Notes under the pieces: generated by a model
What the model saw: only the letters and a program-made list of their open reading frames with translations
Databases searched by the model: none
What the model was told of the DNA's origin: nothing
Assembly: GCF_030028105.1 (NCBI RefSeq)
Contig: NC_092382.1
Span: forward strand, 103,995,586-104,059,585
Origin: Mobula birostris
Lineage: Eukaryota
DNA length: 64,000 nucleotides
Reading direction: 5' to 3'
Shown: in pieces, positions 58,009-64,000 of the stretch
How positions within the stretch are numbered: position 1 is the stretch's first letter
Layout of the letters: every line of letters begins with the position of its first letter
Made by a program: the position numbers and the translations under genes

Positions 58009-59359
58009 ATACACAATTCCTGCTTGTCTTCCTGCTCTTCTGCAGCTGTGACACTATCTCTGATCAACAGTCCCACCTCTTTTGCCTCTCTCCCTGTCCT
58101 TTCTGAAACATCTAAATCCTGGCACTCGAAGTAACCATTCCTCCTCCTTCTATTTCTCTGTCTCTCACATTCTCTTTCTTTCTTCCCAGACGGTGTCACA
58201 TCCATCTACTCAATGCTGAACCTTCGGAAAGACGACATTCTCATCGATGATTATGAGGATCCTCCCATTACCTCGGCACCCGCCGAAATGCCAGTGACTG
58301 CACAAGGAGGTCAGAGTTCACAGTTATGACGTCACTCTGAAGTGGTCACGTGCCATACGCCCAACAATTCAAGTCCTAATACATCGGCATCCATCACTTC
58401 CTCTGGCAGCTCGTTCCATAGACAGACCGCCGTCTGGGTAAAAACAAAATCGTCACTCGGGTCCCAGTTTAAATCTCTTTCTGCTATCATCTCAGACATG
58501 TGCGCTCCGGTCCACGGTTCCCCAAGATTAAAGAAAATTACAGTGCGCATTCACCTTCTCTGTGTACCCACGTGTTTGTATACACCCCTGTAAGGTCATC
58601 CCGCGCTCCAAGGAATAAAGTCCCCACCTGCTCGACTTATCTCCGTAACTGAATCCCTCGAGCCCCGGCAATATCTTCGTAAATCTCCCTCTGCAATCTG
58701 TCCAGCTCATTGATATATTTCCTATAGCAGGGCGACCAAAACTAAACACCGTACTCCAAGGGCGGCCTCACCGACGTCTTGTACAACTGCAACGTGACCC
58801 CCTTAATCCTGTACTCCGTGCCCTGATTGATGAAGGCCGGGACGTCAGACACCTTCACCGACCCCTCTACCGGTAACTTCACTCTCCAGGAACGTTGGAC
58901 GTGGGGCCCTTTGTCCCGCTGTTCTCCAACACACGCCAGGGTTTCTCCCGAACACTGTGAACGTTGTACCCTTGTTTTCCTTTCTGAAATACGATAGCTC
59001 GCACTTATGAGAAATAAATCGCATTTGCTACTGCTGTGCTCTCTTCCCCAGCTAATCGAGATCCCACTGTAAGCGGTAAGTGCCTTCACTGTTTACCTCG
59101 GCAACGACGTTCGTGTTGTCAGCAGGTTTACCAGCCGCGACTTATATAATCTTTCTGCGCTCAACTCTGATCTGTCCATTCTCAAACGAATTCACACTGA
59201 TCTCCGTCACCAGTTCACTGAGACGGAAACGATGTTCAGATCTGTCAACGAAACCAAGGCTCAAATCTGTGAATTGCTGACCAGCAGAAAAGGTGAGGCA
59301 GCATCCCCCTCTTTAACCCGCTCCTTATCACAGGACAGGAATAGAGAGAGGAAGCGTCA

Positions 59360-61525
59360 CTCTGTGCTTGACACCGGCAGTGTGTGAAGAGATGGTATGG
59401 AGGGAGAATTACTAAGTGTCTGATTCGGTGAGTGTGTGATGAGGCTGGGCGGCGGAAGTTTCACTGTATCACCGAACTCAGGAGAGCGTGAAGGGACGTT
59501 GTGCAGGTGGTTTCACTCTGTATCTGACCATGGAATTGTGAGACGTATTATTACAGCTTCACTCTATGCCAGACTCCGCGAATCTCTGATGTGACGGTAT
59601 GGATCCAGCCTTACTCTGTGTCTCACAGGCGGATCGTGTGATGGGAGAGGGCCCAGAGAGCTTCACCCCATGTCTGACCCCAGAAGTGTGTTATAGTACC
59701 GTGTGTTATGGTTTCACTCCGAGTCCGGGAGTCTGTGGCGGGACGTTGCTGAGAGGGCGTTCACTTTGCGTCTGAATCCGGCAGTGTGTGATGGGGTCGT
59801 GGCGAAAGAGCTTAAGTCTGTGTCTGACTCAAGGAATGAGCGATGGGACGGTACAGATGGGCATAGAGTGTGAATCCGGGACTGTCTGATGTGATACCGG
59901 ATTGTGTGATTGGATGTTCTGGAGGGAGTCTGATCACGTGAGTAAGCTATGGATAGTGTGGGCGGAACTTCACCTTGTTTGTGAACAGAAAGTTGTGATG
60001 GGACGGTTCAGAGAGAGCTTCACTCTGTGACTCGTCACGGACTGTGTGATAGGACGTTGTGGAGGGAGAATCACACTGTGTTAGAGTCGGGAGCGTATGA
60101 CGGGACCTCGTGGAGGCAGCTTCTCTCTGTGTCTGACACATTGCTCTGTGCTGTGTTGAGAAGCTGTAGAGAGAGAATCTCTCTCTCTCGCTTTCTCTGA
60201 CAGTTGTCGTGTGCGCTGAGGGCGTTTCCTTCGGTGTCTGACCGCTGGAGTGCCTGATAGGGCCGTGTAACGAGAGATTCACACACTGTCTGACCAAGGC
60301 TGTGTGTGATGAGACTTTGTGGAGGATTCTAAATTGTGTTCTCTGAACTAGATGAGTGTGATGGACGGTGTGGAGGGAGTTTCACTCTGTGTCTGACCAT
60401 GGCCGCGAGTGATGAGACGCTGTGGATGGAGTAACACCCAGAATCTCAACCCGGAAGAGTGTGACTGGACGGTGTGCAAGAAACTTCTCTCTGCAATGTT
60501 GTTCAGCTCTGTGTCTGATACCAGGGTTGTGTGATAGGACGGTGCGGTGGGAGCTTTCTCATATTCTGACCTCTGTGCTGTGTGATTTGACGGGGTAGAA
60601 GGAGCATCATACTGTGTCTGGCCACGGGAGTATGCGGTGGAATGGTGCCGAGAGTGTTTCATTTCCTATCTGATCACGGGCAGGTGTAATGGGGTAGTGT
60701 GGACGGAGGTTCAATCTGTGTTTGCCCGCAGGACGATGTGATGGGAGGTTGTGAAGGGTGCTTCACTCCATGTCTGACCCATGGAGTGTGCGATAGTGTG
60801 CTGGAGAGGAAGCTTCAGTCTGAGGTGGACGACGGTCGTGTGTCATGGGACAGTGCGGATGGAGCATCACTCTGTGTCTGACACTAGCAGAGTATGATGG
60901 GACCGTGAGGTAAGAGATTCACTCTACTTCTGTCCCCGAGAGCGTGTGACGAGACATTGTGGATGGAACCTAAATTTCTACCTGTCCCATCAGGAAATGT
61001 GTAATTGAATGGCCTGAAGGGATAGTCACTCAATAACGGACTCCGGGTGCCTGTGATGGGATGGTGCCGAAAAACATCATTGCGTGTCTCATCTCGGGAG
61101 TGTGTGACGGGACGGAGTGGATTGAAATTCTACGTGTGTCTGTCCCTCAGGAAGTCTGTGATAGGATGGTGGGAAGGAGCTTTGTTACTGACTCCTGGAG
61201 TTTATGATGGGACGGTGTTGAGGGAGCTAGACCTTGTGACGGGTCCCGCGAGTGTGGAACGGGGTGCCGTGAAGAGAGATTTAACTTGAGTCTGACAGCA
61301 GGAGAGTGTGATTCGACGGTGTGAGAGAGTGCGAATTTGAATCTGACTACGGGAATGCTTCATAGAAAGGTTTGGGGGAGGTTTGTCTCTGACCCCGGGG
61401 ACGGTGTGGAGGGGGATTCACTATGTTCTTGACATAAGGAGTGTGTGATGGGAAGGTGTGGAACGATTACTATTCTGAGTCTGTCTCCCGGCGGATGTCA
61501 TGGACAGGCGGAGGGAGATTCACTG
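59360..61525 (+). repeat. Degenerate 52-bp satellite upstream of gene C CTLD-1 exon
   Basis: Tandem units visible. Confidence 0.85.
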
Positions 61526-61719
61526 TTCGGTTTTCCGAATTTCCAGAGCAAGCATTTTCCCAGGACTGGATTAGAAATGAAGACCGGTGTTATTTCATAT
61601 CCACGATTGAAAGATCCTACGATGAGGCGAAGCAGCATTGTTGGAACTCTGATTCAAATCTTCTTGAAATAAATTCAACAGAGGAAGAGGTATGTATCTT
61701 ATCGACCGGAAGATATATC

Positions 61720-62770
61720 CACACCAGACTGACGCTCCCTCCTCACCGTCCCATCACACACACCCGGGATCAGGCACAGAGTGAATCTCCCTCCACACCG
61801 TCCCATCACACACTCCCGGGGTCAGACACAGAGTGAAACTCCCTCCGCACCGTCCCATCACACACTCCCGCGGTCAGACACAGGGTGAATCTCCCTCCAC
61901 ACCGTCCCATCACACACTCCCGGGGTCAGACACAGAGTGAAGCTCCCTCCACACCGTCCCATCACACACTCTCGGGGTCAGACACAGAGTGAATCTCCCT
62001 CCACACCGTCCCATCACACACTCCCGGGGTCAGGCACAGAGTGAATCTCCCTCCACACCGTCCATCACACACACCCGGGATCAGACACAGAGTGAAACTC
62101 CCTCCGCACCGTCCCATCACACACACCCGGGGTCAGAGACAGAGTGAATCTCCCTCCACATCGTCCATTCACACATTCCCGGGGTCAGAAACAGAGTGAA
62201 ACTCCATCCACACCGTCCCATCACACACTCCCGGAGTCAGATACAGAGTGAAGCTCCCTCCAGACCGTCCATTCACTCATTCCCGGGGTCAGACACAGTG
62301 TGAAGCTCCCTCCACACCGTCCATTCACTCATTCCCGGGGTCAAACGCAAAGTGAATCTCCCTCCATACCGATCCATCACACACTGCCTGGGTCAGGCAC
62401 AGAGTGATGATTCTTCCAGTAGTCCATTCACACACTCCCGGGGTCTGACACAAGGTGAATCTCCGTCCACACAGTCCCATCTGTCACTCCCGGGGTCAGA
62501 TACAGAGTGAAGTTCCCTCCACACTGTCCCATCACACATTCCGAGGTCAGATACAGAGTGAAGCTCCCTGCACACCGTCCCATCACACACTCCCGGGGTC
62601 AGACACAGAGTGAATCTCCCTCCACACCGTACCATCACACACTCCCGGGTCAGGTACAGAGCGAAGCTCCCTGCACACCGTCCCATCACACACTGCCGTG
62701 GTCAGACACAGAGCGAATCTCCTTCCACACCGTCCAGTCACACTCTCACGCGGTCAGACGTAATGTGACG
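61720..62770 (-). repeat. 52-bp satellite array downstream of gene C CTLD-1 exon, opposite orientation, highly homogeneous
   Basis: About 20 near-consensus units. Confidence 0.95.
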
Positions 62771-62899
62771 CTCTCTAAATTTTGCTCGAATTCAATCATT
62801 AATGATAGCAATTTAATTTCAAAGAATTTTGTTATCAAAGCTGTGCACGACCAACGCAGTTCATTCTGGATTGGAAAATGCAAAGCCGTGTGAGATTAG

Positions 62900-64000
62900 G
62901 GTTCATGCAACTGTTTAAGAAGAGAGTTGGTTGTGGGATTAGTCTGGGGATTGATACAGGCGGCGAGAAAGGAGTGGGCAGTGGGATTAGTTTCGGGACT
63001 GACACGGGTTGCGGCAGGGAGTGCGCAGGCTGACTAATCTGCCGACTGATAAGCTCTGTGAGGAGAGTGTGGGATTTTGTAGTATATTGGGACAAGGAAA
63101 GGTCTACGGGCAGAGAGTGCGGAAGTTCGATTTTTTGGGACTGCCGCAGGTTTGTGGCAAGGAAATGTGTCAGTGGGAGTATTTTGGGGATGGACACTGT
63201 AGGGAGGGAGTGTGGCACCGGGATTAATTTGGAAAACACAGATCTTTGCTGGGAGAGTGGGTGAGTTTGGGAACCGACACGGGCTGGTGGTTGAGTGTGC
63301 GCAGTTGAATTTATTTCGGGACTGACGTGGACTGTGGGATGATAATGGGAGTGGGAGTGCTTTTGGTCATTGTTACAGGTCTGTAGGGTGAATTTTGGGA
63401 AGTGGGGTTATTTTGGGGCTGGTACGGGGCTGTGGGGAGAGAGTGGGGCTGTGGGACTCTTTTGGAAACTAATACACGTTGTGGGAGACAGTGAGGCGGT
63501 GGGTGTACTTTGGGGACTGACACAGACCTGTGGGGAGAGAATTCCTCAGTGGGATTAGTTTGGGCATTGACAGAGGTCTGTGGGAAGAGAATGAGAAGTG
63601 CTTGTGTTTTGGTTCATGATACAGGTCTCTAAGAAGAAGGCTGGGAAGTGAAATTATTTCCGGAACGGGCCCGGGGCTGTGGGGAGAGGGTGGGAAGTGA
63701 GAGTATTTTGGGGTGTAAATCTCGCCTGTGGGGAGACCGTGAAGCAGTGGGAGTATTTTGGGGACTGACATGGGGCCTTGGGGAGAGAGTGGCGCTATGA
63801 TTGTATTTTCGTCCTGTGGGGAGACGGTGTGGTACTGGAATTTTTCTGGTGTCTGACACCGGTCTGTGGGCAGACCGTGGGGCATGGTTTTAATACGTAG
63901 ACTGACACATGGGTGCAGGCAGAGAGTGGGATGTGGGGAATTCTGGAAACTGACAGAGGGCTGTGCTGGGGAAATGGGGCAGTGGGAGATTTTGGGTTCT
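62900..64000 (-). repeat. Last-intron degenerate minisatellite of gene C
   Basis: Reverse complement of the 27075-28290 type repeat. Confidence 0.8.

Larger units (their letters stand above)
43044..59292. repeat. Large inverted segmental duplication (arms ~43044-51230 and ~52650-59292, ~1.4-kb unique spacer)
   Basis: Mirror ORFs in the track (48349-48987/54878-55516, 47138-47389/56487-56738, 45680-45988/57897-58205) have coordinate sums of ~103,865-103,885. Confidence 0.97.
53880..62889 (+). pseudogene. Gene C: head-to-head paralog of gene B lacking the TM exon (probable pseudogene or TM-less variant); last exon lies beyond the window
   Basis: Exons 53880-53946 (MEDRQTYANV..), 54323-54388 (VSYAKP), 55860-55979 (STHSEL), 58190-58309 (SIYSML), partial neck 59148-59292 with no in-frame acceptor, CTLD-1 61547-61689 (EQAFSQDWIRNEDRCYFISTIERSYDEAKQHCWNSDSNLLEINSTEEE) and CTLD-2 62825-62889 (NFVIKAVHDQRSSFWIGKCKA). 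No stops in the exons. First CTLD Cys is replaced by Phe. Confidence 0.8.

Noticed and set aside
161-62893. Many short ORFs of the type [25 protein letters not shown] or [21 protein letters not shown]
   Set aside because: They are translations of the 52-bp satellite in different frames

Overview
This is repeat-rich vertebrate DNA, not prokaryotic. A cartilaginous fish, probably a ray, is my inference from the CR1/Penelope/Tc1 complement and the 52-bp satellite. The window holds a birth-and-death cluster of type II membrane C-type lectin-like (NK-receptor-like) genes, which the ORF track mostly misses because they are split into short exons. I reconstructed one apparently intact 9-exon gene on the minus strand (gene B, 49990->30533, 377 aa). 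It has a cytoplasmic tail with two canonical ITIMs and two ITIM-like tyrosines, an uncharged TM segment, a coiled-coil neck and an atypical Cys-rich CTLD. Gene B sits head-to-head with a plus-strand paralog (gene C, 53880->beyond 64000) in a ~16-kb imperfect palindrome. Their signalling halves are nearly identical but their lectin exons are strongly diverged. Gene C lost its TM exon through a 1548-bp deletion at a 5-bp AATCT microhomology and lost one ITIM tyrosine. Also present are a 5'-truncated pseudogene (gene A, 2111-4787), several orphan or pseudo exons, three homologous putative promoter/leader segments and intron-specific tandem repeats, including 52-bp satellite arrays that invert around the first CTLD exon. 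The rest is decayed transposons (CR1, L1/Tx1, Rex/Babar-like, RTE-like, Penelope, Tc1, LTR-like, a tRNA-SINE), a 5S rRNA fragment and one 187-N assembly gap. Exons were called by eye from GT-AG sites, phase and paralog comparison. Nothing was checked against databases or transcripts.
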